The translations under genes were made by a program, and so were the position numbers. Shown in pieces: positions 1-8,953 of a stretch of 64,000 bases of DNA. The notes beneath the pieces are model-generated. The model saw only the letters and a list, made by a program, of their open reading frames with translations, was not told the DNA's origin and ran no database searches. How positions within the stretch are numbered: position 1 is the stretch's first letter; every line of letters begins with the position of its first letter. The DNA comes from Burkholderiaceae bacterium. GTDB lineage: Bacteria > Pseudomonadota > Gammaproteobacteria > Burkholderiales > Burkholderiaceae. The stretch spans positions 41,548-105,547 of the forward strand of contig CANGCM010000002.1 in the NCBI GenBank assembly GCA_947452535.1. Direction: 5' to 3'.

Positions 1-78
1 ATTCTGAGGAATAGTTAAATTCAGATCAGTAAGGATGGCACAGGGTCCACGATAGATTGATAGCTGGCTGGTTTTCAT
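1..78 (-). CDS. ABC transporter ATP-binding subunit (BtuD/FecE-like), N-terminal part only; continues off the window
   Basis: ATG at 78-76 overlaps the permease stop (ATGA). Reads MKTSQLSIYRGPCAILTDLNLTIPQN, a typical ABC-ATPase N-terminus, and is next in the B12 uptake operon. Confidence 0.65.
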   Translation of the reverse strand, partial: MKTSQLSIYRGPCAILTDLNLTIPQN

Positions 79-1052
79 GGGCGAGCTCCAAAAGCGCTTC
101 GCCTGAGAAGGGTTAGTAAATATAGACCTCCCAAGACTGCCGTGACAATACCAACTGGTATTTCTAGTGGGGCAAATAAAGTACGTGCAAGTAGATCCGA
201 GCTCAGTAATAAGATTCCGCCACCAAGACAGGAGAAGAGTAGCTGTATACGTTGCCGTCCGCCAGAAAGCGTTCTCACTAAATGGGGTGCTGCCAATCCG
301 ACAAACGCAATCAGACCGGTTTGTGCAACAGCGCACCCAGTAGCTAAGGCAAGAACGCCAATCAAAACAAGACGCAGTTGGTCTAGCGGCAAGCCCAAGG
401 TGCGAGCGGTATTCTCACCCAGAGATAAGGCATCTAAGGTGGGGCTGATAAGCAAAGTGACAAGTAAACAAACTACTAAAGCGCCAGCCATCAGCTCTAC
501 GCCAGGCCAATTCAGTAATGTCGTATTGCCCAGCATGAAAGACTGAATACTTTGAAATAGATCTGGACGTATAAATGTAAATAAAGAATTTGCTGCTCCT
601 AAGATCACGCTGATCACTACACCGGATAATAAGAGGCGCAGGGAACTGCGGTAACCTCCGGCTAGAAGCAGGGAGGCTATAACTCCCAGCATTGCCCCAA
701 AAAAAGCGCCACCATTAAGACCAATCAGCTCTAACCAAGAGTTACCAAGATAAGCAAAGCAGAGAATGCTAGCAACGCCTAGCAGTGCGCCTGATGCGCT
801 ACCTAATAGATAGGGGTCAGCCAACGGATTACGAAATAAGCTTTGTGCAATGCCACCCGCCAGTCCCAACAATGCGCCAGCAAGATAAGCGCCCAATGAT
901 CGCGGTAGTCGAATGTCAAGCATGATGACCTGATCAGGACCCAATGCATTCCAGCCAACACCCGTGCTCCCCAAAAGAGTTCCTAGCAGGACTAGGGTCA
1001 AGCTGAGAATGAGTAGGCCAGAAAGCTTGCCGAGAAAATGATTTTTTTGCAT
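75..1052 (-). CDS. btuC: FecCD/BtuC-family ABC transporter permease (B12 uptake)
   Basis: Motifs RLPR, FRNPLADPYLLG, GLIAFVGLAAPH, EIPVGIVTA. Start placed at ATG 1052 because it overlaps the upstream stop (TAATG). Confidence 0.88.
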   Translation of the reverse strand: MQKNHFLGKLSGLLILSLTLVLLGTLLGSTGVGWNALGPDQVIMLDIRLPRSLGAYLAGALLGLAGGIAQSLFRNPLADPYLLGSASGALLGVASILCFAYLGNSWLELIGLNGGAFFGAMLGVIASLLLAGGYRSSLRLLLSGVVISVILGAANSLFTFIRPDLFQSIQSFMLGNTTLLNWPGVELMAGALVVCLLVTLLISPTLDALSLGENTARTLGLPLDQLRLVLIGVLALATGCAVAQTGLIAFVGLAAPHLVRTLSGGRQRIQLLFSCLGGGILLLSSDLLARTLFAPLEIPVGIVTAVLGGLYLLTLLRRSAFGARP

Positions 1053-1954
1053 TACTGAGATGATGACATCTTCTCTTGAATACATTGAGAAATCATCAAG
1101 GCTGCCTCACCCATGCGGGGGCCGGGACGAACTAAGACATCATTCTGATCGGCAGTAAAAGTACAGATGCGATTCCTCACGACTGCCGGTATAGAGCTCC
1201 ACCCTGGGCGTCTCTTAATTTCAGCGGGGGAAGGTTCAGTGAGCAGAATGACATCGGGCTTAGCTTGCACCACAAACTCGGGATTAATTTTTGGAAACGG
1301 CCCCAGCGAATCTGGAATGATATTAATCAAATCAAGGCGTGACAGAATCTCCCCAATGAATGATGCTCTTCCTGCAGCAAAGGGCGCTGGATTGACCTCA
1401 ACATACACGCGAATATTTTTCTCAAGTAAGGACAATTGCTTATTGGCGCGCATGACCTGTTGTTGGATTTGATTCCAGACTCGACTACTTTCTGCAGTAC
1501 CCAAAATAGCATCTAGCTTTTGAAGCGCTCTCTCTTCATCACCCATGGACTTAATGTCTAGTGCAAATGTTTTAATCCCTAAAGAATTGAGCCTTGCAAT
1601 CACAGGCGAGGCTTTCTCAAGCAAAACCACATCGGGCTTGAGTTGCACAATGCGCTCAATATTGACATCACCCATTCCACCTAACTTGGGTAAATCCTGA
1701 ATCGATTTTGGCCAATTAGAGAAGCGATCAACGCCAACTAAGGCGCCACATTTCCCTAGGGCGCAAACCGATTCAGTGAGAGAGGGTAGAAGACTCACGA
1801 TACGCTGGGGCGGTTTATCAAACACCAATATAACGCCACGGTCATCGACTACGGAAACTGGCGCCGCAAAAACAACCAATGAAAATCCTAGAAAGAATAA
1901 AAGAACCCCAGCTAAGCGATAGCAAGGGCGAGTTGAGGTTTTCATGTCTTTCAA
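1052..1954 (-). CDS. btuF: Periplasmic cobalamin-binding protein (BtuF/TroA-like)
   Basis: Signal peptide, then VVDDRG...PQRIVSLLPSLTE, NIERIVQLKPDVVL, RPGPR. Lies downstream of the TonB receptor. Exact start (1954 vs 1945) uncertain. Confidence 0.85.
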   Translation of the reverse strand: MKDMKTSTRPCYRLAGVLLFFLGFSLVVFAAPVSVVDDRGVILVFDKPPQRIVSLLPSLTESVCALGKCGALVGVDRFSNWPKSIQDLPKLGGMGDVNIERIVQLKPDVVLLEKASPVIARLNSLGIKTFALDIKSMGDEERALQKLDAILGTAESSRVWNQIQQQVMRANKQLSLLEKNIRVYVEVNPAPFAAGRASFIGEILSRLDLINIIPDSLGPFPKINPEFVVQAKPDVILLTEPSPAEIKRRPGWSSIPAVVRNRICTFTADQNDVLVRPGPRMGEAALMISQCIQEKMSSSQ

Positions 1955-1966
1955 TATATTCTAAAT

Positions 1967-3976
1967 TTAGAAGTTATATCTTGCGCTTACAAAGTAAGTT
2001 GTTGGTGTTGTAGGATAGTAGTAATAACCTTTAACAGAGTCATACCCTCCAGTTGTTGCGTAAGAATTGCCACCAATATTTTTAATCATTAATTTAGTAT
2101 CCCAAGAACCTACCTTATAGCTAGCATAAATATCTGCTGCTACATAGGATGGAATCTTTGCTAGTGAATTCATCATGTTTGGGTCTGCATCATAGTTTTG
2201 ATTGCCTACATAATTAATCACTGCACCTGCACTCCATGCACTATTAAACACATATTGGGCGCGAGCGTTTAGCAGTAGATTAGGGGATAGTCCGACACCT
2301 ACTCCAGCTGCGGATCCGGTAGCAAAGGTGGATCTTTGAATTTTGCCACCAGCCGCGAGAGTGAGATTTCGGGCGACATTGCTTGAGGAGTCAAAAAGGA
2401 AGCCGGTGCGATTAATATTACCGATGGTGTTGATATTTCCATAGGTAGATGGGTCGTAGCGAATTTCATTTTGCGTAATTGATTGGAATAGTAGAGCTGA
2501 AACATGGGATTGATGCATGCTCCAATCACCCCCAAACGAATAGGTTTGAGAAATTTGGGGCTTTAAGATGCCATTGAATACTGGCGCTCCATAGCCGCTG
2601 TTTGCACTTGGATCATAGCCCCAGAATTCGTCTGTATTTGGAAACCGATAAGATTGATTCCATTTAATGAATATTTTTCGTCCTGATTGATAGTTGTAAT
2701 TCAATGCAATGTCGCCAGCATTTGCTGAGTATTTTTGACTGGCACTAATCGCTGAGCCAGAAGAGAGGTCGCTTGTAGACGCATTCTGTGCTTGATGTCT
2801 AAAGCCCCCACTGGCTTCTAGTCCGTTGACTATCCTTAGAGGAATTCGTGAGATGAGATACACCGATTGATTGAGGACGCTGACGTTTTGCTGAAGACTA
2901 GTTGTGCTAAAAGTTGAGCCTGAAGAGCTACTTTGAGCGGCTTGATTAAAGTCATAACCAGCAACGGTTGTTCCCCACTCACCAAAGTTTGCTTTCACTT
3001 TTGGAGAGGCTGCAAGTTGCCAGTTTGGATATAGGTAGTAGTAGGGATAGGCCGGGATATTGGAGTTCAAATTTTTATTTGAATATGTCCCATCAATGTC
3101 AAAAGTAAGTCTATCTGTGATCGCTTTGATAAAGCCAGCCCTAATTCCGGATTGATCCGTGGTTGTGGTTGATCCAATAAATTCAGATCTCGCCGATCGG
3201 GTATTGCCTGTTCCCGCCTGACCTAAAACCGATCCCGGTGTTTGGGAGTTTGAGTGGTTAAAGAATACGTCCGCATAGACTTGATCAATTCCACCCAATG
3301 ATTGAGTTACTTTGGCGTCAAATGAGTAGGCGTTTGCTGCGGAGTTTTGTCGCCAACCATCTGTATTGGAGGTATTTGCGGTAAGTTGAATGGTTGTGTC
3401 ATCGAACTTGTTACGTAAAATTGCATTGTTAATAACGGTGTTGTAGCTTCCATAAGTAACCGAGGCTTGGTTCAGGTTTTTTGCGCCACCATTAGTAATG
3501 ATGTTGATCACCCCTCCCACGGCTCCGTTACCGTATTGAACGCTTGCTCCACCTTGTAGTACCTCAATTCGCTCGATGGAGTCTATCGGGATCGATTCCC
3601 AATTAATAGTGCCTGAATCTATAGGATTTAATCGCTGCCCATCCACCAATATCAATGTCGTGCTGTTTGCAGAAGCGCCATAGCCACCCATATCTACAGA
3701 CGCATCTAGATTTAATGAGTTCCCGCTAGAGTATTTGACACTCAATCCACCAATTTGGGATAGCACTTCAGGAATGTTATTTGAACTTGAGTTTGCAATT
3801 TCATCGCGTGTGATCACTTTGACGTTTGCCGGAACCTCATTGAGGTTCTGTTCAAAACGTGAACCAGAGACAATGACTGTTGACTGAGAGTTTTGTGCAA
3901 TTGCCGTTGAACTTAGGGTGATTGCTGCGCCGCAAAGTAGGGCGCCAATAATTCTGCTGCTGAACTGCTGTTTCAT
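1967..3976 (-). CDS. btuB: TonB-dependent outer-membrane receptor, likely for cobalamin
   Basis: Signal peptide, TonB-box-like TVIVSG, plug motif IERIEVLQGGASVQYG.GAVGGVINIIT, C-terminal aromatic YNF. First gene under a cobalamin riboswitch. Confidence 0.85.
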   Translation of the reverse strand: MKQQFSSRIIGALLCGAAITLSSTAIAQNSQSTVIVSGSRFEQNLNEVPANVKVITRDEIANSSSNNIPEVLSQIGGLSVKYSSGNSLNLDASVDMGGYGASANSTTLILVDGQRLNPIDSGTINWESIPIDSIERIEVLQGGASVQYGNGAVGGVINIITNGGAKNLNQASVTYGSYNTVINNAILRNKFDDTTIQLTANTSNTDGWRQNSAANAYSFDAKVTQSLGGIDQVYADVFFNHSNSQTPGSVLGQAGTGNTRSARSEFIGSTTTTDQSGIRAGFIKAITDRLTFDIDGTYSNKNLNSNIPAYPYYYLYPNWQLAASPKVKANFGEWGTTVAGYDFNQAAQSSSSGSTFSTTSLQQNVSVLNQSVYLISRIPLRIVNGLEASGGFRHQAQNASTSDLSSGSAISASQKYSANAGDIALNYNYQSGRKIFIKWNQSYRFPNTDEFWGYDPSANSGYGAPVFNGILKPQISQTYSFGGDWSMHQSHVSALLFQSITQNEIRYDPSTYGNINTIGNINRTGFLFDSSSNVARNLTLAAGGKIQRSTFATGSAAGVGVGLSPNLLLNARAQYVFNSAWSAGAVINYVGNQNYDADPNMMNSLAKIPSYVAADIYASYKVGSWDTKLMIKNIGGNSYATTGGYDSVKGYYYYPTTPTTYFVSARYNF

Positions 3977-4139
3977 GATGAACCTTCTACCTTCGAATTA
4001 CCTAGCTCACTTCCCCGTAAGCTGGGTCGAACAGAATTTCACTTGTGAAGAGTTCGAGCGTCAATTGGACATCCTTGCCGAGTTGGCTTGGGATGCTTCA
4101 TTAGCGCGCGAAGATCCCCGTCCGCAAAATTCCACCTGT

Positions 4140-4326
4140 CTTGGCCGGTATCCGGGCTAGTAAATCTCAGAATCTAGCCTTCCCATGCAATTGACGCGCA
4201 CAGTGGCTTATTTAGACTCCTGACACCTTCACCTTGAAGTGGGGTGTATTTACTTACCGTTGCGGGGGCAGCACACGTTTAGTGTTTCCCGTTTAACTTT
4301 ATTGCACTGCAATAAAGCACCACGAC
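4140..4326 (-). ncRNA. Cobalamin (B12) riboswitch
   Basis: Minus strand reads GGTGC-hairpin-TTAAACGGGAA...GCTGCCCCCGCAACGGTAAG...GCCACTG...GGGAAGG...AGCCCGGATACCGGCC, the conserved B12-element motifs. A -10-like TAGAAT lies at 4338-4333. Upstream of btuB. Confidence 0.93.
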
Positions 4327-4411
4327 ATGGCAATTCTATCTCATGGACAGGTTTTTTTACCCCTTTTTAATTATGAAAAGCCTACAATTACGGCTCTAGG
4401 ATCAAGAATTT

Positions 4412-5029
4412 ATGACAGCATTAGATAAGCACCCCGAAAAAAATCTGATTCGTTTACAGCTTAGCCAAAACTCGGTGTTGAAAAGCTTGGATTCTGAATC
4501 AATGGCTGATTTAGAACGTCATTTAGTGATTTCAGACCTCAGAAAATCAGAAATACTCCTCCATCAGGGCGATCACCAGATGGAACAGTACTTTGTACTA
4601 GACGGAATTTTGAAGCGCATTGTCTCTAGCGCTGATGCAAAAGAGATGATTTTGCGTTTCGCCATAGAGAAAGACATTGAGACGAGCTATGCAGCCTGGC
4701 GCCTTAAGACCGCAGCCCCATATAGCATTGCGTGCGTTACCAAGTCCCGAGTAGCTCGGATGCCACTCAAGAAATGGGTAGAGTTCCTAGATGCCCACAA
4801 GTCGTTAAAAGAGAGTTTTGAGTTTGAGGTTATGCGCTTAATGAGCGAGATCATGGCTCACACCATTACTTTACATATGCTCGATGCGCCAGGCCGGGTA
4901 GAGCGGTTCTTGCGTAAATACGAGGACTTATTTGAATTACTTCCTAAAAAAGAGCTGGCCGCATACCTTAATCTATCCCCAGAGACTTTGAGTCGCCTCA
5001 AAACAAAGCATAAAGAGCTTTTTGTCTAA
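4412..5029 (+). CDS. Crp/Fnr-family transcriptional regulator (no Fe-S Cys cluster)
   Basis: cNMP-binding-like domain (ILLHQGD..YFVLDG) and C-terminal HTH ELAAYLNLSPETLSR with the FNR-type E..SR recognition helix. Confidence 0.88.
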   Translation: MTALDKHPEKNLIRLQLSQNSVLKSLDSESMADLERHLVISDLRKSEILLHQGDHQMEQYFVLDGILKRIVSSADAKEMILRFAIEKDIETSYAAWRLKTAAPYSIACVTKSRVARMPLKKWVEFLDAHKSLKESFEFEVMRLMSEIMAHTITLHMLDAPGRVERFLRKYEDLFELLPKKELAAYLNLSPETLSRLKTKHKELFV

Positions 5030-5064
5030 CTACTACCCCTAGTTCTTTATAGATTTCAGGGGAA

Positions 5065-5107
5065 ATTGACCGAAGTCAATGATCATCCTTGCCCTCAGGC
5101 CTAAGAT
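5065..5107 (+). promoter_or_regulatory. Fnr/Crp-type operator ATTGAC-N4-GTCAAT plus -10 TAAGAT (class II activated promoter of oxc)
   Basis: Palindrome ATTGAC CGAA GTCAAT at 5065-5080 and TAAGAT at 5102-5107. The box centre falls at -41.5 from the implied +1 (5114). Confidence 0.7.
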
Positions 5108-5240
5108 TCAGTCCAGCCTCAATAGGGGCATTTATTTTGACCTATGGCACTAATAACAACTTAATTGGAGACGGTTAGCGAAAGCTAAATTGCACATTCC
5201 AGGCTTGACGTTCGGGCGGTGTAATTCACTAAAATTTTTT

Positions 5241-6950
5241 ATGACAACAGACAATCAAAATACGCAAGTCACTGATGGCTTTCATCTCGTCATTGATGCT
5301 TTAAAGGCAAATGACTTAGACACCATTTTTGGTCTGGTCGGCATTCCCATCACTGACTTATGCCGTTTGGCTCAAGCTGAAGGATTGCGCTTCATTGGTT
5401 TCCGTCATGAGCAGCATGCCGGAAATGCTGCAGCGATTGCCGGTTACATGACTCAAAAACCTGGTATTTGTATGACTGTGTCAGCACCGGGTTTCTTGAA
5501 TGGTTTGACAGCGCTAGCGAATGCTACTGTGAACTGCTTTCCAATGATTTTGATCTCGGGCTCAAGTGAGCGCGAGATCGTTGACTTGCAGCAGGGTGAT
5601 TACGAAGAGATGGATCAGCTCAATGCGGCTAAGCCATATTGCAAAGCAGCCTACCGTATTAATCATATTGAGGATATCGGCATTGGTTTTGCTCGGGCAA
5701 TTCGTGCAGCTGTTTCTGGTCGTCCTGGCGGCGTGTACTTAGACTTACCCGCTCAATTATTAGCCCAAACAATGCCTGTTGAAGAGGCGAAGAAATCAAT
5801 CTTCAAGGTAATTGATCCGGTTCCACGTCAAATTCCTGCACCTGATGCTGTAGAGCGTGCGCTGAATGTGCTAAAGGGTGCAAAGCGTCCATTGATCCTG
5901 TTGGGTAAAGGCGCTGCTTATGCTCAAGCGGATGCTGATATTCGTGCTTTGATTGAAAAATCCGGTATTCCTTACTTGCCAATGTCGATGGCTAAAGGTT
6001 TATTGCCAGACAATCACCCACAATCTGCCTCTGCAGCACGTTCATTTGTATTGGCCGAAGCCGATGCCGTGTTATTAGTAGGTGCGCGTCTGAACTGGTT
6101 GCTCGCACACGGTAAAGGCAAGACTTGGGGTAAAGAGCCTAAGAAGTTTATCCAAATAGATATTCAAGCGAACGAAGTAGATAGCAATGTGCAAATCGAT
6201 GCTCCATTGATCGGCGATATTGGTTCATGCGTCGGCGAGCTCTTAAAAGGGATTGCGGTAGTTCCAAAGCCATCTACTGAATGGATCGGCGCAATCAATG
6301 AGAAGAAGAATAAAAACTTAGCGAAGATGGCGGAGACACTTGCTAAAGAAGCTTCGCCAATGAACTTTCATGGTGCCTTGCGTGCGATTCGTGATGTGAT
6401 CAAGAAAAACCCAGATGTGAACTTAGTAAACGAAGGTGCCAATACGCTCGACTATTGCCGCGCCATTGTAGATATGTACAAGCCACGCAAACGTTTTGAC
6501 TCCGGTACCTGGGGCATTATGGGTATTGGTATGGGCTATGCGATTGGTACATCAGTCACTAGCGGTTTGCCGACTGTTGCAGTGGAGGGTGATAGCGCCT
6601 TTGGCTTTAGTGGTATGGAATTAGAAACTATCTGCCGTTACAACTTACCAATCACAACCGTTGTTTTCAATAACAACGGTGTATACCGTGGCACCGACGT
6701 CAACCCAACAGGCGGGGCAGATGTGGCGCCAACCGTATTCGTTAAGAATGCGCGCTATGACAAGATGATCGAAGCCTTTGGCGGTGTTGGTTACTACGTG
6801 ACCACCCCAGCTGAATTAGAGGCAGCATTGACTAAAGCGATTGCTGAACGTAAGCCGGCCTTGATCAATGCCGTAATTGATGAAACTGCCGGTACAGAAA
6901 GTGGACGTTTAACAAACCTCAATCCTTCCACCGCTGCTAGTAAGAAGTAA
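5241..6950 (+). CDS. oxc: Oxalyl-CoA decarboxylase (ThDP-dependent)
   Basis: [47 protein letters not shown], ThDP motif [11 protein letters not shown]...NNNG, C-terminal GTESG. Alternative TTG start at 5190. Confidence 0.96.
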   Translation: MTTDNQNTQVTDGFHLVIDALKANDLDTIFGLVGIPITDLCRLAQAEGLRFIGFRHEQHAGNAAAIAGYMTQKPGICMTVSAPGFLNGLTALANATVNCFPMILISGSSEREIVDLQQGDYEEMDQLNAAKPYCKAAYRINHIEDIGIGFARAIRAAVSGRPGGVYLDLPAQLLAQTMPVEEAKKSIFKVIDPVPRQIPAPDAVERALNVLKGAKRPLILLGKGAAYAQADADIRALIEKSGIPYLPMSMAKGLLPDNHPQSASAARSFVLAEADAVLLVGARLNWLLAHGKGKTWGKEPKKFIQIDIQANEVDSNVQIDAPLIGDIGSCVGELLKGIAVVPKPSTEWIGAINEKKNKNLAKMAETLAKEASPMNFHGALRAIRDVIKKNPDVNLVNEGANTLDYCRAIVDMYKPRKRFDSGTWGIMGIGMGYAIGTSVTSGLPTVAVEGDSAFGFSGMELETICRYNLPITTVVFNNNGVYRGTDVNPTGGADVAPTVFVKNARYDKMIEAFGGVGYYVTTPAELEAALTKAIAERKPALINAVIDETAGTESGRLTNLNPSTAASKK

Positions 6951-6956
6951 TTCGCA

Positions 6957-7009
6957 AGTAATACATAAGCAATATTTTTTGAAATCAATTTAGTAATAAA
7001 TAAGCAATA
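6957..7009 (+). repeat. 18-bp direct repeat AGTAATA(C/A)ATAAGCAATA in the oxc-frc spacer
   Basis: Copies at 6957-6974 and 6992-7009, one mismatch, 35-bp period. Confidence 0.75.
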
Positions 7010-7027
7010 CTTTAAGGAGAATCAAAC

Positions 7028-8278
7028 ATGACTAAACCATTAGACGGTATTCGCATCATCGATTTCACGCATGTGCAAGCTGGTCCTGCATGTACTCAGC
7101 TGTTGGCTTGGTATGGTGCTGACGTGATTAAAGTGGAGCGTCCAGGTTCTGGGGACGTGACTCGTAGTCAGTTGCGTGATATCCCTGGCGCAGATGCTTT
7201 GTACTTCACTATGTTGAATGGCAATAAGCGCTCTTTGACTTTGGATACCAAGACTCAAGAAGGTAAAGAAGTATTGGAGAAGATGATCAAGACCTCTGAC
7301 GTGATGGTTGAGAACTTCGGTCCTGGCGCCTTAGATCGTATGGGCTTTAGCTGGGCACGGATTCAGGAATTAAATCCAAAGATGATCATGGCTTCTGTAA
7401 AAGGTTTTAGTGATGGCCACTCATATGAAGACTTAAAAGTGTATGAGAACGTTGCTCAGTGTGCTGGTGGTGCTGCTTCTACAACCGGTTTCTGGGATGG
7501 CCCCCCTACAGTTTCTGCCGCTGCCTTAGGCGATAGCAATACTGGTATGCATTTGGCAATTGGCATCTTGACTGCATTGATGCAGCGTCAAAAAACTGGC
7601 AAAGGTCAAAAAGTATCCTGCTCAATGCAAGATGCTGTATTGAACTTATGCCGCGTGAAGTTACGTGACCAACAGCGTTTGGACAGGATTGGATACTTAG
7701 AAGAATACCCACAGTATCCACACGGCACATTCTCTGACGTAGTTCCCCGTGGCGGTAACGCAGGTGGTGGTGGGCAGCCAGGTTGGGTGTTGAAGTGTAA
7801 GGGGTGGGAAACAGATCCAAATGCTTACATCTATTTCACCATTCAAGGCCATGCTTGGGAGCCAATTACCCGTGCAATCGGTAAGCCAGAGTGGGCAACT
7901 GATCCGGCTTATATGACTGCTGAAGCCCGTCAAGATAAAATTTTTGATATCTTCGCAACCATTGAAGCTTGGCTCAAAGATAAGACCAAGTACGAAGCGG
8001 TTGATATTCTCCGTAAGTTCGATATTCCTTGTGCACCCGTTTTCTCAATGAAGGAGTTGGCTGCCTCTCCTGACTTGCGTAAGAGCGGTTCTATTGTTGA
8101 GGTTGACCATAAGGTTCGTGGCAAGTATTTGACAATCGGTAGCCCAATCAAGTTCTCTGATTTAGAGATTGAAGTTGGTCCATCGCCCGTGTTGGGCGAA
8201 CACACTGACGAGGTGTTGACTGATCTTGGCTACAGCTCGGATGATATTGCTAAATTGCACGCAGCCAAAGCAGTTTAA
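7028..8278 (+). CDS. frc: Formyl-CoA:oxalate CoA-transferase (family III), paralog 1
   Basis: [21 protein letters not shown], active-site ALGDSNTG, glycine loop [11 protein letters not shown]. Strong SD AAGGAGA. Confidence 0.95.
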   Translation: MTKPLDGIRIIDFTHVQAGPACTQLLAWYGADVIKVERPGSGDVTRSQLRDIPGADALYFTMLNGNKRSLTLDTKTQEGKEVLEKMIKTSDVMVENFGPGALDRMGFSWARIQELNPKMIMASVKGFSDGHSYEDLKVYENVAQCAGGAASTTGFWDGPPTVSAAALGDSNTGMHLAIGILTALMQRQKTGKGQKVSCSMQDAVLNLCRVKLRDQQRLDRIGYLEEYPQYPHGTFSDVVPRGGNAGGGGQPGWVLKCKGWETDPNAYIYFTIQGHAWEPITRAIGKPEWATDPAYMTAEARQDKIFDIFATIEAWLKDKTKYEAVDILRKFDIPCAPVFSMKELAASPDLRKSGSIVEVDHKVRGKYLTIGSPIKFSDLEIEVGPSPVLGEHTDEVLTDLGYSSDDIAKLHAAKAV

Positions 8279-8307
8279 TCGTCATTAACGACATTTTTCT
8301 TGCTTTC

Positions 8308-8336
8308 AAAGGCGCTCCTAGTGAGCGCCTTTTTTT
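8308..8336 (+). terminator. Rho-independent terminator after frc-1
   Basis: AAAGGCGCTC-CTAGT-GAGCGCCTTT followed by a T-run. Confidence 0.88.
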
Positions 8337-8389
8337 GTAACTCAGAAAGAAAAGAAAATGGTTGGAGAAAATAGATATAGACTGAGTAC

Positions 8390-8839
8390 ATGAACGCAAA
8401 TATTGATTTAAGCCAATTAGTGAACTGCATTGGGGATGCGATCATCGTTGTCGATGCCCATGAAAAAATTGTGCTGTGGAATCCTGCCGCTACTCGAATC
8501 TTTGGTTACTCTGAAATAGAAGCTTTGGGAAATACCCTAGATTTAATTATTCCAGAGCGTCACCGTCAAAGGCACAATGAGGGTTGCCGCAAGACGATGG
8601 ACACAGGTATTACTCGTTACGGCACCTCATTACTTAAAGTGCCGGCCCTTCATCAGAGTGGCAGCATGCTTTCGATCGCCTTTACTGTGGGCATGCTTTT
8701 TGATGAGAATCACAAGGTAAACGGAATCGTTGCGGTGATTCGGGATGAAACCGAGCGCTTTGCACAGGAGCGTGAACTGAAAAAGCGGATCTTTGATCTT
8801 GAAGGATCTAAAGGGGTGGTTTTAGGTCAAAAAGTGTAG
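8390..8839 (+). CDS. Stand-alone PAS-domain protein
   Basis: DAIIVVD...IVLWNPAATRIFGYSEIEALG..LDLIIP, ending in VIRDETER plus a coiled coil. No output domain. Confidence 0.88.
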   Translation: MNANIDLSQLVNCIGDAIIVVDAHEKIVLWNPAATRIFGYSEIEALGNTLDLIIPERHRQRHNEGCRKTMDTGITRYGTSLLKVPALHQSGSMLSIAFTVGMLFDENHKVNGIVAVIRDETERFAQERELKKRIFDLEGSKGVVLGQKV

Positions 8840-8953
8840 CTTAAGCCCTTTTTTGCATGAAATCAGGCGTATTCCTGGGTGCTGGTTTGAGCATATTCCC
8901 CCGCTGGTAAAATTGGATTAATTCAAAATTTCAATCTTTTTAGGACTTCAATC

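Noticed and set aside
3918-4160. 80-aa plus-strand ORF
   Set aside because: Antisense to the riboswitch platform and the btuB start, GTG start, no recognisable motif.
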